A stretch of 39,458 bases of DNA. It comes from a virus. The notes under the pieces are model-generated. The model saw only the letters and a program-made list of their open reading frames with translations, was not told the origin of the DNA and ran no database searches. The DNA is taken from the IMG/VR virus record IMGVR_UViG_3300045988_159199; one strand, 5' to 3'. The translations under genes and the position numbers were made by a program. Of this stretch, positions 7,801 through 17,717 are shown one piece after another (position 1 is the stretch's first letter; every line of letters starts with the position of its first letter).

Positions 7801-8676
7801 TTACCACCATGCGGGGCTTGCGGTCATGGTGAGTGTCGGTGTTCCGGTGACGGTGCCGAGTGGGGTGAATTGGACGGTGCAGGTTTCGCCTGGCGGGCAT
7901 TGGAACCAGTCGTACTCCGTGAGGAATCCGCTCAGGCTTGACTGGTTGTTGAGCAGCACGGTGCCGTAATACGTTTCGAGGGTGACCGTATCGTCCATGT
8001 TGATGGGCCGGCTGATGGTGATGGTTTGGCCGGTTTCGACTCGTTTGAGGGAGAATCCTTGGCTCATGCCGCCTGTCACGACGAGCGTAAGGTAGGTGGT
8101 GGCGGTGCCCGTGTTGGTGAACCTGACTCGTCCGTCGGTTCCGGGGGTGCCGAAGTTGACGGGGAATGTCAGGGGAAATCGCAGGCCTCCGCCGTGCGCC
8201 GCCATGCCTGTGCTGTTGGTGGATTCGGCGCCGTAGGCGCGTGGGTCTATGGCGGTCATGTCGATTGTGATGTCGGAGAGCCGGCTTCGTCCTCGATGCG
8301 ATGGCACCGTGATCTCGATGTTGGTCATGTCTCGGTGGGTTTCGCCGGCAGCGCCCCTGAAGGTGGCCCTTAGGGGCGCTGCCGGTTCTGCGGTCAGGCC
8401 GTTGAGCGCGTATATCGCCTGTTCGAGCTCCGCGACGGTGCTGCCCACGTAGGCGACAGTCGCGGTGATGAGCGCCGATTGGCGCGTGGTCTGGCCGGGG
8501 TCGAACGCGCCGTGCTGCAGGGCGCGTTCATTGACATCGTTTTTGGCGTCGCTCAGACTCATCCAATCGGTGAGGTTCTGCAGGCCCCAGCCGTGCCGTG
8601 CGCCGACGATGCCGGCACCGCCGTCGAACCGGATGGCCGACTGTCCGGTGCCGAGCGTCAGATCGTATGCGCTCAT
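7801..8676 (-). CDS. Distal tail protein (Dit-like)
   Basis: ATG 8676 overlaps the TMP stop (TGATG). Its position immediately after the tape measure gene supports the call. Confidence 0.75.
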   Translation of the reverse strand: MSAYDLTLGTGQSAIRFDGGAGIVGARHGWGLQNLTDWMSLSDAKNDVNERALQHGAFDPGQTTRQSALITATVAYVGSTVAELEQAIYALNGLTAEPAAPLRATFRGAAGETHRDMTNIEITVPSHRGRSRLSDITIDMTAIDPRAYGAESTNSTGMAAHGGGLRFPLTFPVNFGTPGTDGRVRFTNTGTATTYLTLVVTGGMSQGFSLKRVETGQTITISRPINMDDTVTLETYYGTVLLNNQSSLSGFLTEYDWFQCPPGETCTVQFTPLGTVTGTPTLTMTASPAWW

Positions 8677-11600
8677 CAGACTCCTCCTGTTCCCGCGAAC
8701 GCCTTGCCTGCGTAACGGCCCCATGCGAGCGCCTGCTTGCGGGGATCGTCCTGGACGGTGGTGATGTTCTGCGTGATATTGGTTACATTGGTTCGTTGGT
8801 CTCCGCCGTATCCGGCAGTGGCGGTGTCGGTACGTCCGATGGTGGACCGGTAGGCGAGTTCGACGCCGTTGGCGGCGGATTGTGCGCGTTGCATGGCGTC
8901 ATGCACCGCTTTTTCGGCTTTGCCGGCGTTGTCGGTGACGCCTTGGGCGAATGCGGCGGTGATGCTGCGGCCTGAGTAGAGCACCCATCCTCTGCCCGAG
9001 AACGGGCCCTCCTTGGCTGGCGAGAACGGGAACAGGTCTCGGATGGACTGCAGCGCACCGCTGACGGCATCCTTGGCTCCCGATATCGCGCCTTTGATGC
9101 CGGAGATCAGGCCGTCGATGATGGCTTTGCCTGATTGGACCAGCCATTGGCCGGCACCGGACAGCGCGTTGAGCACGGTGTCCCTGATGCCGCCGACGAT
9201 TGAGCCGAGTCCCTTGACCGCGCTGCTGACGATCTGCTTGAACCCGTTCCAGACTTGGCCCCAGTTACCGGAGATGATGCCGGAGACGACGTTCACGATG
9301 CCGGAGATGATGCCGGAGATTGTGCTGAACACGGCCTTGACGGTGCCAACCGCCGAGGTGACGGCCGGTGCCATTGCGCTGAATGCGGGCAGCAGCAGCG
9401 AGTTGATGGCCCATGCCACGAGGTTCGCGACGCTTTGCACGATGGAGCCGAGTTGCTGGATGATGGGCATCACCGCACCGGCGATTTGGGCGACGATTTG
9501 CCCGATCGGTGCGATGATTTCGGCCAGGGCGGCCACGATCTGCATGATGATCGGTATGAGCGCCTGTATCACCGCGTTCAGTGGCGGAAGCAGGGTGGTG
9601 ATCATGCTGAGAATCGGTTGGATCAGCGCGTTGACCACATCCAGCAGCGGCGGCAGCACCGTGGACACGAGGTTGACGATGATCGATGCCACTTGCCCGA
9701 TGACGTTCATCACGGTCGTGATGACCGGCATGAGAGCTTGGATGATGGATGCCAGCGGGGGCAGCAGGCTCGTTATCAGCGTGGTGATGGGCGGGATCAG
9801 CGACTGGATGAGATTCAGCACTGGCGGCAGCACCGTGGACACGAGGTTGACGATGACCGTCACGACCTGGCCTATGGCTTCGCCAATCACCGTGATGACC
9901 GGTGCCATTGCGGAGATGATGGACGACACGGCCGGCAGCAGGTTGGCGATCAGTGTGGTGATGGGCGGCAACAGGGACTGAATCGCGCCCAATACCACAT
10001 TGACGATGTTGGTGATGACCGGCATCAGCGACGAGAACACCTGCATCAGCGGTGTGATGATCTGCGGCACCAGTGGGACCAGCAGGGCCATCACCTCGCT
10101 GATTGCGGACGCTATCGCGGTCAGTGTCTGGCCGATGGCCGGCGCCATCTGGCCGAATCCGGTCAGCAGTGGTTCGACGATTTGCGGGATGACACCTATC
10201 AGTTGCTGGAAGATCGCGCCGACCGAGTTGATGACGGATTCCAACGACCCGATGAGTGAAGGGCCGACATCCTTGAACGCCAAGCTCAGGGTCTTCTTGA
10301 ACGTCTCGAATGCTGGCCCCATGCCGGAGAGCGTGTTCTTCAGATTCTGGAAGAGCGCGGAGAGCTGTGCTCCGAAAGCGGACTTGAGTCGCGGGGTGGT
10401 GGCGATGAGACCGCCGAGGGCGGCCACGGCCACTCCCACGGGTCCACCGATCAGTCCCAGGGAATTTGCCAGACCGCCGAATGCCTCGCCCAGGATCGGG
10501 ATCTTGGTCAGGAGCGGTCCGACACCTCCCAGGCCAAGGGCTCCGAAGGCGGCGGCGACCGGAGCGATGACGCCGCTCATGCCGGAGAGTTTGCCGGTGA
10601 TTCCTCCGGCCCCTTCTCCGAGCTTGGTGAGCCAGCCTGTGACTCGGTCTATGGCGGGGCCGAGCACGTCGCCTATGGCGGAGCCTAGGCCCTTGGCCAT
10701 GTCTTCCATGGGTCCGAGCGCCTTGGTGGCCGCTTGGATGAGAGGGCCGAGCTTGCCGAACACGCCATCGAGCAGGTTCGCGCCGATACGGCCGATGCTG
10801 GCCTTGAGGTTGGCGAACGCGCCTGGCACTGTGGTGCCCATTTCGGTGGCCACGGTGCCCGCTGCGGACGCTGCGGCATCGCTGAAGGTCTGGAAGTCGA
10901 TTTTGCCTTTCGACGCCATCTCGCGCACTTCGTCGGTGGTGACGCCGAGCTTGTCGGCGAGCGCCTGCCAGATTGGCAGTCCTCGATCGGAGAGCTGGTT
11001 GATGTTGTCGGTGTAGGCTTTGCCGGTGGCGGCGACTTTGTTGAAGACCGAGCCGGTTTCTTCCATGGTTCCGCCGGTGGCGGCGGCTACGTTGGCGACG
11101 CCTTTGAGCATCGTTTCGAGTTGTTCGCCGGGTTTGATGCCTGCGGCCACGGCCGATGCGGCGACTGTCGCCGCCTCGCCGAGTCCGAAGCTGGTGCCTT
11201 TGACGCTGGCGGTCGCGTTGGCCATGATAGCGTCGACGCTTTTCGCGTCGTTGCCGAGGCCTCGGAGTTTGGCCGAGGCGGTGTCTATGGCGTTGAGTCG
11301 GCTGAATCCTGCTGTGAGCGCGGTGCCGATGCCGGCGATGCCGACTGTGACGGCTCCGGTGGCGATGCCTTTGACTGCGTTGCCGACGCCTTTGAGCGCG
11401 TTGCCGACCGCTCCCATGGCGCTTGATGCTTTGCTGGCGATGCCTTGGAAGGCTGTGAGGAATGCGTTGCCTACGCCTTTGGCGGCTCCTTGGGCGATGG
11501 GCGCGAGTTTGCCGAACACGGCTTTGGCGGCGGAGCCGATGCCGCCGAGATAATTGCCGACGCTGCTGAATCCTTTGACCACGGTGGATGCGGCGTTGCG

Positions 11601-12500
11601 GAATGGTGCGGGGATTTTCGCCGCGAGGTCGGATACCGTGGCCTTGACGCTGTTGAATCGTTGGCCGAGGCCGTAGGCGATGTCGCTGCCGAACTGTTTG
11701 ACGACCGCGCCTGCGGTTTTGAATGGGGCGGTTATCTTGCCGATGCCATCTGCGACTGTTCGGGCGGCTCCGCCGACTTTGCCGAGCCATCCCGCGCCGT
11801 CGAGCATGGCCATGTTGGCGTTGGTCCAGCCGGCGCGGAATTTGTTGATCGCGTTGACGGCCGGACCGGCGATGGCTCCTGCGAGGGAGCCGAGCGCGGT
11901 GGACAGTGATGCGGTGGAGGCCTTGCCGGCGTCGATGTCCGAGAATCCGGCTTTGAATTTGGCGAAGATGCTCTTGTTGCTTTCGGCGAGCGCTTTCGCT
12001 TGTGTTTCGGCGGATTTTTGTGCTGTAGTGAGTGCTTCTTGGGCTGATTTGAGGTTGCCTGTTGCGGCGGTGAGTTCGATGTCGGCGAGTTTGACTCGTT
12101 CTCGTGCGGCGGCGAGGCGTTGTTCCGCCGCTGCGGCTTGTGTGCTGTCGGCTCCGTATTTTTTGACTGCGGCGTTGTAGGTGTTTTCGGCCTGGATCGC
12201 GGACGCGGTGGCGGTCTGTTGTTTGATTCGGGCTTTGGAGACCGCCGCCGCTGCGCTGGCCACGTCCTTGGAGAGTTGTTTCATTTCGTCGCCGCCGACG
12301 TTTTTCATGGCGTCTTTGGCGGTGGTGCCGAATTCCTTGCCGAGCTGTTTGCCGGCTTTGCTGCCCATGCCTTTGAGGGAGTCCGTGAATTTCTTGGCTC
12401 CTTGGCTGCCTGAGCCCGACATTTCCTGGCTGACGGATTTTTTGAATCCAGTCATGACCGGGAACACGCGGACGGCGCCGGTTCCGACGATTCTCGCCAT
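8676..12500 (-). CDS. Tape measure protein (1274 aa)
   Basis: ATG 12500 is preceded by GGAGAGGGAG. The protein is long, Ala/Gly-rich and helical, with internal tandem repeats and hydrophobic stretches. It follows the G/GT chaperone genes. The 79 codons upstream in ORF 8676-12737 are Arg/His junk. Confidence 0.9.
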   Translation of the reverse strand: MARIVGTGAVRVFPVMTGFKKSVSQEMSGSGSQGAKKFTDSLKGMGSKAGKQLGKEFGTTAKDAMKNVGGDEMKQLSKDVASAAAAVSKARIKQQTATASAIQAENTYNAAVKKYGADSTQAAAAEQRLAAARERVKLADIELTAATGNLKSAQEALTTAQKSAETQAKALAESNKSIFAKFKAGFSDIDAGKASTASLSTALGSLAGAIAGPAVNAINKFRAGWTNANMAMLDGAGWLGKVGGAARTVADGIGKITAPFKTAGAVVKQFGSDIAYGLGQRFNSVKATVSDLAAKIPAPFRNAASTVVKGFSSVGNYLGGIGSAAKAVFGKLAPIAQGAAKGVGNAFLTAFQGIASKASSAMGAVGNALKGVGNAVKGIATGAVTVGIAGIGTALTAGFSRLNAIDTASAKLRGLGNDAKSVDAIMANATASVKGTSFGLGEAATVAASAVAAGIKPGEQLETMLKGVANVAAATGGTMEETGSVFNKVAATGKAYTDNINQLSDRGLPIWQALADKLGVTTDEVREMASKGKIDFQTFSDAAASAAGTVATEMGTTVPGAFANLKASIGRIGANLLDGVFGKLGPLIQAATKALGPMEDMAKGLGSAIGDVLGPAIDRVTGWLTKLGEGAGGITGKLSGMSGVIAPVAAAFGALGLGGVGPLLTKIPILGEAFGGLANSLGLIGGPVGVAVAALGGLIATTPRLKSAFGAQLSALFQNLKNTLSGMGPAFETFKKTLSLAFKDVGPSLIGSLESVINSVGAIFQQLIGVIPQIVEPLLTGFGQMAPAIGQTLTAIASAISEVMALLVPLVPQIITPLMQVFSSLMPVITNIVNVVLGAIQSLLPPITTLIANLLPAVSSIISAMAPVITVIGEAIGQVVTVIVNLVSTVLPPVLNLIQSLIPPITTLITSLLPPLASIIQALMPVITTVMNVIGQVASIIVNLVSTVLPPLLDVVNALIQPILSMITTLLPPLNAVIQALIPIIMQIVAALAEIIAPIGQIVAQIAGAVMPIIQQLGSIVQSVANLVAWAINSLLLPAFSAMAPAVTSAVGTVKAVFSTISGIISGIVNVVSGIISGNWGQVWNGFKQIVSSAVKGLGSIVGGIRDTVLNALSGAGQWLVQSGKAIIDGLISGIKGAISGAKDAVSGALQSIRDLFPFSPAKEGPFSGRGWVLYSGRSITAAFAQGVTDNAGKAEKAVHDAMQRAQSAANGVELAYRSTIGRTDTATAGYGGDQRTNVTNITQNITTVQDDPRKQALAWGRYAGKAFAGTGGV

Positions 12501-12514
12501 GGTGACTCCCTCTC

Positions 12515-13272
12515 CTATGTTGTTTCGACGTTGGTGATGATGATTTCCTCGTCCAGCTCGGCGAGCGCCTTGTCGATTTCCTCTGGTGTGGCTTTCGCGG
12601 CGTCGATTTGTTTTTGGCGTCGTGCCATGGTCCATGGCATGATTTTTTCGGCCGCTTTGCCGTCGCCGATGGTTGCGGCGAGCTGGAGGAGGTCGATGAG
12701 GCGTGCGGGGTATGACCATTGGGCGATTTCCGCGCATAGGGGGTTGCTGGGGTCGTCCAGGAGTTGGTAGACGAGGTCCCAGGCTTCGCCGTAGGTGATG
12801 GTTTTGCCGATTTGGTTGGCGCTGATGCCGTACCGTTCGCGGAGGGTTGCCGCGAACGGTTGGCGGTGCTCGTGGTGGAGCCGGACGAGGGCGATTATTT
12901 TTCCAGTACGAGCTGGTTGAGTTTTTGGAAGATTTCGAAGTATTTGTTGGCCATGTCGATCATCGAGGGGGTTGGCTGTGCGAGGAATTTCTCGGCGTCT
13001 TCCTTTCCTGCGATTTTTTCGATGAGGCGGGTGAACTGGTCGACGCTGGCGACGTCGCCTTCGCTGATTTCGTTGACGTCTTCGAGGCTGATGCTCAGTG
13101 GCAGGTTGATGATGGTGCCGTCGGGGAAACGGCCGTAGAAGTGGTTGTCGCCGATGGCGTACTTGCATTTCGAGGCTTGGGCGATCTGCTTGAGCGCGGC
13201 TTCTTCCTGTTCGGGCGTCCAGCTGTCGAAGTCGATTTCGGGGATGCTGGTGGTTTCGGTCTTGGATGTCAT
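12515..13272 (-). CDS. Tail assembly chaperone GT fusion made by a -1 programmed frameshift
   Basis: The -1 frame is open from the slippery G GAA AAA (12898-12904) to 12515 (..TGKIIALVRLHH..). ORF 12515-13168 has no credible start of its own. Confidence 0.6.
12895..13272 (-). CDS. Tail assembly chaperone (gpG-like)
   Basis: 125-aa acidic protein between the major tail and tape measure genes. It ends ..CTG GAA AAA TAA, with a slippery run at the stop. Confidence 0.8.
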   Translation of the reverse strand: MTSKTETTSIPEIDFDSWTPEQEEAALKQIAQASKCKYAIGDNHFYGRFPDGTIINLPLSISLEDVNEISEGDVASVDQFTRLIEKIAGKEDAEKFLAQPTPSMIDMANKYFEIFQKLNQLVLEK

Positions 13273-13360
13273 GTCGGGTGCCTTTCGGTTGTGGTTGGTG
13301 GGGTGTCGGGTTTGGTGGGGGTCGCCCGCAGCGACCCGACTGCGTTGCGGGCGACGATTG

Positions 13361-14203
13361 CTAAGCGGCTGCTGCCACGGTGATGGATGCTGTGGCGCTG
13401 GTCACCTTGTTGACGGTCGCGGTGACTTTGGCTGTGCCCGCCTTGATGAGGGTGAGCGTGCTGCCGCTGACCGTGGCGATGGTCTTGTCCAGTGATGTGA
13501 ATGTCGCCTGGGTGGTGACCATGCCGTTGGTGCCGTCCGTGTAGGTGGCTTTGGCTCCGAGTTTGAGCGTGGCACCGGCTTTGAGGTTCGTCGGCAGCGT
13601 TCCTCCAGTTTCAGAGGTGACCGCCACCGACGTCAGCCTTTTGGGGGTGTTCGGGGCCACGAGCCATTCGCGGTAGAATCCGCCCCATTCGTCGTTGCGG
13701 ATCCAGTCGAAGGTGACGGCGTTGCCGCTTGTTTCGCCTCGTGTGCTCTGGTCGGGTTCGACGGTCTGGATTCGGCCGAGGCCGTTGCGGCGCAGGCTCA
13801 TGCCGTTCTTGCCCTTCAGCACCTCGAACATGGGGAACGTCGCGTCGTTGTCGCCGTCGACGACGATCATGCCGTTGGTGTCGGGGGTCTTGCCGGTGGT
13901 GAGCTGGCGGACGATGTCGTTGAATTCGGCGAGCGTGACCTGCAGGGTGCGGCTCTTGGATCCTCCGAGTTTGTAGCCTTCCTGGAAGAATTCGAGGTCG
14001 TCTTCCTTGTCGCCGCCGTCCTGCGGGCCGCCGTCCTGCTTGAACAGGCCGACCTTGACGTAGCCTTCGGGGAGCACGAGCGGTGTGGCGGAGCCTTCCG
14101 TGGGGGCCACCCATGTGGGTTCGCCGGTGAGCTGGACCGCGAGGAAGCCGGTTACCGGGATAAAGACCTTTTCGAGGTCGTTGCCTTCGGCATCTGCTGT
14201 CAT
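13361..14203 (-). CDS. Major tail protein with C-terminal Ig-like (Big_2-type) domain
   Basis: RBS GAAAGGA is present. The C-terminus reads VAVTSETGG..LKLGAKATYTDG..ATVSGSTLTLIKAGTAKVTATV, typical of bacterial Ig-like domains. It lies upstream of the chaperones. Confidence 0.8.
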   Translation of the reverse strand: MTADAEGNDLEKVFIPVTGFLAVQLTGEPTWVAPTEGSATPLVLPEGYVKVGLFKQDGGPQDGGDKEDDLEFFQEGYKLGGSKSRTLQVTLAEFNDIVRQLTTGKTPDTNGMIVVDGDNDATFPMFEVLKGKNGMSLRRNGLGRIQTVEPDQSTRGETSGNAVTFDWIRNDEWGGFYREWLVAPNTPKRLTSVAVTSETGGTLPTNLKAGATLKLGAKATYTDGTNGMVTTQATFTSLDKTIATVSGSTLTLIKAGTAKVTATVNKVTSATASITVAAAA

Positions 14204-14233
14204 GATGTTTTCCTTTCTGAGTTGGAAGGTTGA

Positions 14234-14659
14234 TTATTGGCGTATTTCGCCGACGCAGTGGTATTCGACGGTGAGATACGAGTGGGCCACGTCGGCGGAA
14301 TCGTCTATCGGATATGGGCCGTTGCACGCTTCGATGCTGGTTATGGGACTGTCTTCGGCCTGACTGATCGTCGGATCCGTGAGGATGCCCGCGATCAGGC
14401 GTGAGAGGTCGTCGCAGACTTTATCGTTTTGGCGGGTTCCGGCGCGGATGTTGATGGCGAGTTCCTGATCCCATTGCACGTGGTCGTATTTCGTGGGAGT
14501 GAGCTCGCCGACCGTGATGAGCGGCTTGGTAAGCGGGTAGGACATGGTTTTCGGCGTCTTGGTGTCGATCGACACGTCGTGACCCATTTTTCCGAGCTGT
14601 TCGCGCAGATGCTTCACGGCCCACCGTTTGAGGTCGGCCGGCAGTACGATGGCTGTCAT
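14234..14659 (-). CDS. Tail terminator / tail completion protein
   Basis: 141-aa ORF with an ATGA overlap with the upstream gene. The call rests on its position between the head-tail connectors and the major tail protein. Confidence 0.65.
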   Translation of the reverse strand: MTAIVLPADLKRWAVKHLREQLGKMGHDVSIDTKTPKTMSYPLTKPLITVGELTPTKYDHVQWDQELAINIRAGTRQNDKVCDDLSRLIAGILTDPTISQAEDSPITSIEACNGPYPIDDSADVAHSYLTVEYHCVGEIRQ

Positions 14660-14946
14660 TTCACCCGCCTCATCGCGTTGGCCAATGTATGGTGTTTGGC
14701 TTCGACGGCCATCGCATAGTCCTCTTCGCTACTGACCACCTGCCAGGCGTTGCGATGCTTGAATTCGACATGTTCCACGTAGAGACTGTCACGGTAGTTT
14801 CCGGTGACCACGGGCGCCGTGGCGGAGGCGATTTGCAAAGCCTGTTTCGCCTTTTCCTCGCAGAGCCCGTCGACTCCGGGCTCCTTGAGGATCGTGTCGA
14901 AGTACGCCTGGTTGAAGTGCATGTCGATGTCGCCCATCTTGGCCAT
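14656..14946 (-). CDS. HK97 gp10-like head-tail joining protein
   Basis: ATG 14946 overlaps the upstream stop (TGATG). The sequence MAKMGDIDMHFNQAYFD..APVVTGNYRDS resembles gp10-family proteins. Confidence 0.65.
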   Translation of the reverse strand: MAKMGDIDMHFNQAYFDTILKEPGVDGLCEEKAKQALQIASATAPVVTGNYRDSLYVEHVEFKHRNAWQVVSSEEDYAMAVEAKHHTLANAMRRVK

Positions 14947-15341
14947 CAGCCGCCTCCTGTCACTTGTTCGAGGTCGGCGACCAGTGTCGGCCGCCAACCG
15001 GTGAACGGGTTCTGGTCGGCGGCCGGCATTCCGGTCACCCGCCAGGTGTCGCCGTTGATGATGATGCGGTCATGGACCTTGATGTCGATGGCATGATTCG
15101 GCACGATGAGCTGCTTGTCACTGACAGTGCCCTGGTCACGTGGCTCGCTGGCTGCGGAGTCTACGCTGGACCGGCTGTACAGATATCCCTCGAATCGGAG
15201 GATTTCGGGATCCGACCAGTCCTCGTCGTAGACGAGGTTGCCGTCGCCGATGACCGGTTTGGCACGTTGTCGAATCATCGGAGTGAGGCTGCTCATGCCG
15301 AGACCGGTCTCCATGCCGAGCACGCTGTCTTCGAAATTCAT
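14946..15341 (-). CDS. Head closure / head-tail adaptor protein
   Basis: 131-aa ORF with an ATGA overlap with the upstream gene, located in the connector module. Confidence 0.65.
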   Translation of the reverse strand: MNFEDSVLGMETGLGMSSLTPMIRQRAKPVIGDGNLVYDEDWSDPEILRFEGYLYSRSSVDSAASEPRDQGTVSDKQLIVPNHAIDIKVHDRIIINGDTWRVTGMPAADQNPFTGWRPTLVADLEQVTGGG

Positions 15342-15859
15342 CGTGGCCCCCAGTTCAGTCGGTAGGGTTCGAGCATGTCCTTCTCGATTTGCAGGAGCTG
15401 CACGCCGAGCGTGGTGCCCCCGTAGGTGAGATAGCTGACGGATGCCCCGTTGACTGATTGGCTGGAGATGCCCGGCTGGCTGCGCGCCCTCTTGGCGAGG
15501 GTGCGCAGCAGTTCGGCGATTTCCGGCACCTCGTCGCGCGGATACCCGTGGTTGAGCTTCACGGTGACGCTACCTGGGCGGTCTGGCCACGAGCCCGACC
15601 TCAGCTGGATCGTACCGGCCACGCTCCAATCAATCTGATCGGAGAGCTCGCGCCCGTCCACGAGGACGCTCGTGATGGAGTTGACGTGTTTGGTGGGCAG
15701 CGTGAGGATGCTGCCGCCATAGGCATCGACTTTGAGCGTGTCATCGATTTCGGGGGTGACGTGCCAGCCGCAGTAGCGACGGATGGAGCCTTGCGCGGCC
15801 TTGATCCACCATTGGGCATCGACTGTCGGGTTGTCCACTACGATGTCTGGGATTGGCAT
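15338..15859 (-). CDS. Head-tail connector (gp6-like)
   Basis: 173-aa ORF with position and size typical of this role. Codon usage is good. Confidence 0.65.
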   Translation of the reverse strand: MPIPDIVVDNPTVDAQWWIKAAQGSIRRYCGWHVTPEIDDTLKVDAYGGSILTLPTKHVNSITSVLVDGRELSDQIDWSVAGTIQLRSGSWPDRPGSVTVKLNHGYPRDEVPEIAELLRTLAKRARSQPGISSQSVNGASVSYLTYGGTTLGVQLLQIEKDMLEPYRLNWGPR

Positions 15860-15878
15860 GGTGGACGCTCCTTCCGAA

Positions 15879-16229
15879 TCAGGCCGTGGTCACGGTGATG
15901 GCCGTGGTGGAGTTGTCGGTCTTGGTCACGGTGCCGCCAGTGATGTTGCCGTCGGTGTCCTTGGTCAGGCTGATGGATTTCACGCCGACTCCGGCCGTAC
16001 CTGGAGCGCCTTTGGCTCCTGCCGGAATGCCGATGGTCAACACCCCATTGGCGAGTGTCGCGGTGGGAGCCGTGCCGGCGGCGAGCGCGGTGGCTTTGAC
16101 GCTGGTGATTTTCTGGCCTCCGCCTGAGAGGTCGAGGGGGTTGCCGTCCGCGTCGAACAGGGCGATTTCGCCGACTGCGGTGGTCGGGTCGAGCGGCTGT
16201 TGGACTGTGCGGAATTGTGCCGCTGTCAT
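15879..16229 (-). CDS. Hypothetical head-associated protein (Gly/Thr-rich, short GxxGxxG stretch)
   Basis: 116-aa ORF abutting the upstream stop (TGAATG). It contains GIPAGAKGAPGTAGVG. Confidence 0.6.
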   Translation of the reverse strand: MTAAQFRTVQQPLDPTTAVGEIALFDADGNPLDLSGGGQKITSVKATALAAGTAPTATLANGVLTIGIPAGAKGAPGTAGVGVKSISLTKDTDGNITGGTVTKTDNSTTAITVTTA

Positions 16230-16451
16230 TCAGGCCTCCTTTTTGGTGGCCTTCGTGGCTTTGGCATTGGCCTTGGCCTCGTCTGCGGTGAGTACGCCCG
16301 CCACCGGTTCGATGGTTTCGGATTCGGGCTCGGGTTGCGGGGTTTCCACAGGGACCTCGATTGCGGGAGGTTCGGTGGCCGCGTGGCGTGGCGCGTCTTC
16401 GGGGCGGTAGCGGATACCGTTGATGACCCGCATTGCGATTTGGCTGCTCAT
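16230..16451 (-). CDS. Hypothetical small protein downstream of the capsid gene
   Basis: ATG 16451 overlaps the capsid stop (TGATG). The 73-aa product has a Pro/Glu-rich middle and a Lys/Ala-rich end. The upstream part of ORF 16230-16673 is Arg-rich junk. Confidence 0.55.
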   Translation of the reverse strand: MSSQIAMRVINGIRYRPEDAPRHAATEPPAIEVPVETPQPEPESETIEPVAGVLTADEAKANAKATKATKKEA

Positions 16452-17698
16452 CACTTGGCCTCCAGCACGACGAAGTTGGCGGGTCGCCAGATGACCTGTG
16501 CGGCGCGCAGTTCGGCGCGCACGTAGGTGAGGTTGCGGCTGGCGTAGTCCTTGTGCTGGTTGAATGCCTCGACGGTCAGGCCGCTGCGGTCGAGCAACGC
16601 CATCTGGCGGAAGTCTCCGACGATGGCCTTGCCGGCTTCGATCTGGTCGCATTCGACGAGCGGGCGTCCCCATACGGTGGTGGGTCCGGTGCCGAAGGGG
16701 CCGTTGCCCATGAATCGCTTGTTGACGTCGGTCATGAGGTCGATCTTCTCGGCGTCTTCGGGGTTGACGAGGATCGCGGACGCGGTGGCGCCTACGGCGC
16801 GCAGCTTGGTCAGGGACTGGCGGATGGCGACCACGAGGTTGCGCGCCTCGTCGTCGGCCTTGGTCCAGTTCCCCGCCTGCACGCCGGTGGTGTTGAGCAG
16901 GCCCTTGGGCTGGCCGTTGGTGCCGGTGCCGTTGAGGAGCATGTCGGCGAGCTTGAGCTGGAAGCTGTAGTCGAATTCGTTCTGCAGGAAGCTGGCCATG
17001 GCGGAGTCGTCTTCGAGCAGCTGGTTGGTGACGGTGTAGCCGTCCGCGTAGCCGTAGACCTTCGCGTCGGCGAGCGCGGTGGAGAACGTGGACTGGGGCT
17101 TCTGCGTGTCGGTGGCGTCGTCGCCGGTGTTTTCGGGGATGATGCCGGTGTTGCGGGTGACGCTCAGGATCTGCAGGTATTCGAAGTCGCCTTTGGTGCT
17201 GCCTCGGCTGATGAGGTCGAGCAGGGTGATGGCGGGACGGTTGACCAGGTCGACCGCTGGCATGCGCGTGGGCTGCAGGTGGGCGATGGGCGTGCCGATG
17301 GCGTTGCCGGCCTTGGCCTGGAAGTAGTCGTCCATGGTGCCGATGCGGGTCTTGTCGATGCGGATGGCGCCGCCGGTGCCGAGCGTGTCGGCGGTCTTGT
17401 GCCAGGCCTTGTAGGCGAGGCCGCTGACGAATCGCTGGCCGAGGTCACGGCCTTCGAGATTGTCCTCGTTCTTTTCGGCTTCGCCGAGGCCCGTGGTGTC
17501 GCCGGCGAGGATGCCGTCGAGGCGCTTGGTGTTGGATTCCGCGTTGTCCAGAATCTGCTGGAGGGCTTCGGCCTTGGTGCAGCAGTCGTCGAAGTCCTTC
17601 TGTTCGTCGGCGGTGAGGTCTCGGCCTTCGTTCTTGGCCTTGTCGATGATGGCCTTTGCGGCGGCTTTCATTTTTGCGATTTCCTGCTTGAGTTGCAT
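16451..17698 (-). CDS. Major capsid protein (HK97 fold family)
   Basis: 415-aa ORF after the prohead protease, with an N-terminal coiled delta-like domain (MQLKQEIAKMKAAAKAIIDKAKNE). Size and order are typical. Confidence 0.85.
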   Translation of the reverse strand: MQLKQEIAKMKAAAKAIIDKAKNEGRDLTADEQKDFDDCCTKAEALQQILDNAESNTKRLDGILAGDTTGLGEAEKNEDNLEGRDLGQRFVSGLAYKAWHKTADTLGTGGAIRIDKTRIGTMDDYFQAKAGNAIGTPIAHLQPTRMPAVDLVNRPAITLLDLISRGSTKGDFEYLQILSVTRNTGIIPENTGDDATDTQKPQSTFSTALADAKVYGYADGYTVTNQLLEDDSAMASFLQNEFDYSFQLKLADMLLNGTGTNGQPKGLLNTTGVQAGNWTKADDEARNLVVAIRQSLTKLRAVGATASAILVNPEDAEKIDLMTDVNKRFMGNGPFGTGPTTVWGRPLVECDQIEAGKAIVGDFRQMALLDRSGLTVEAFNQHKDYASRNLTYVRAELRAAQVIWRPANFVVLEAK

Positions 17699-17717
17699 CA
17701 GGGTTCCTTTCTGTTGG

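Noticed and set aside
9265-11790. 841-aa minus ORF and the 322-338-aa plus ORFs inside the tape measure gene
   Set aside because: The translations are extreme Arg/His/Pro/Gly low-complexity sequence. They are alternative frames of the 1274-aa tape measure ORF in high-GC DNA.
12515-13168. 217-aa ORF as an independent gene
   Set aside because: It has no credible start or RBS, and its first half is Arg/Pro junk overlapping the chaperone gene. It is best explained as the -1 frameshift extension (GT).
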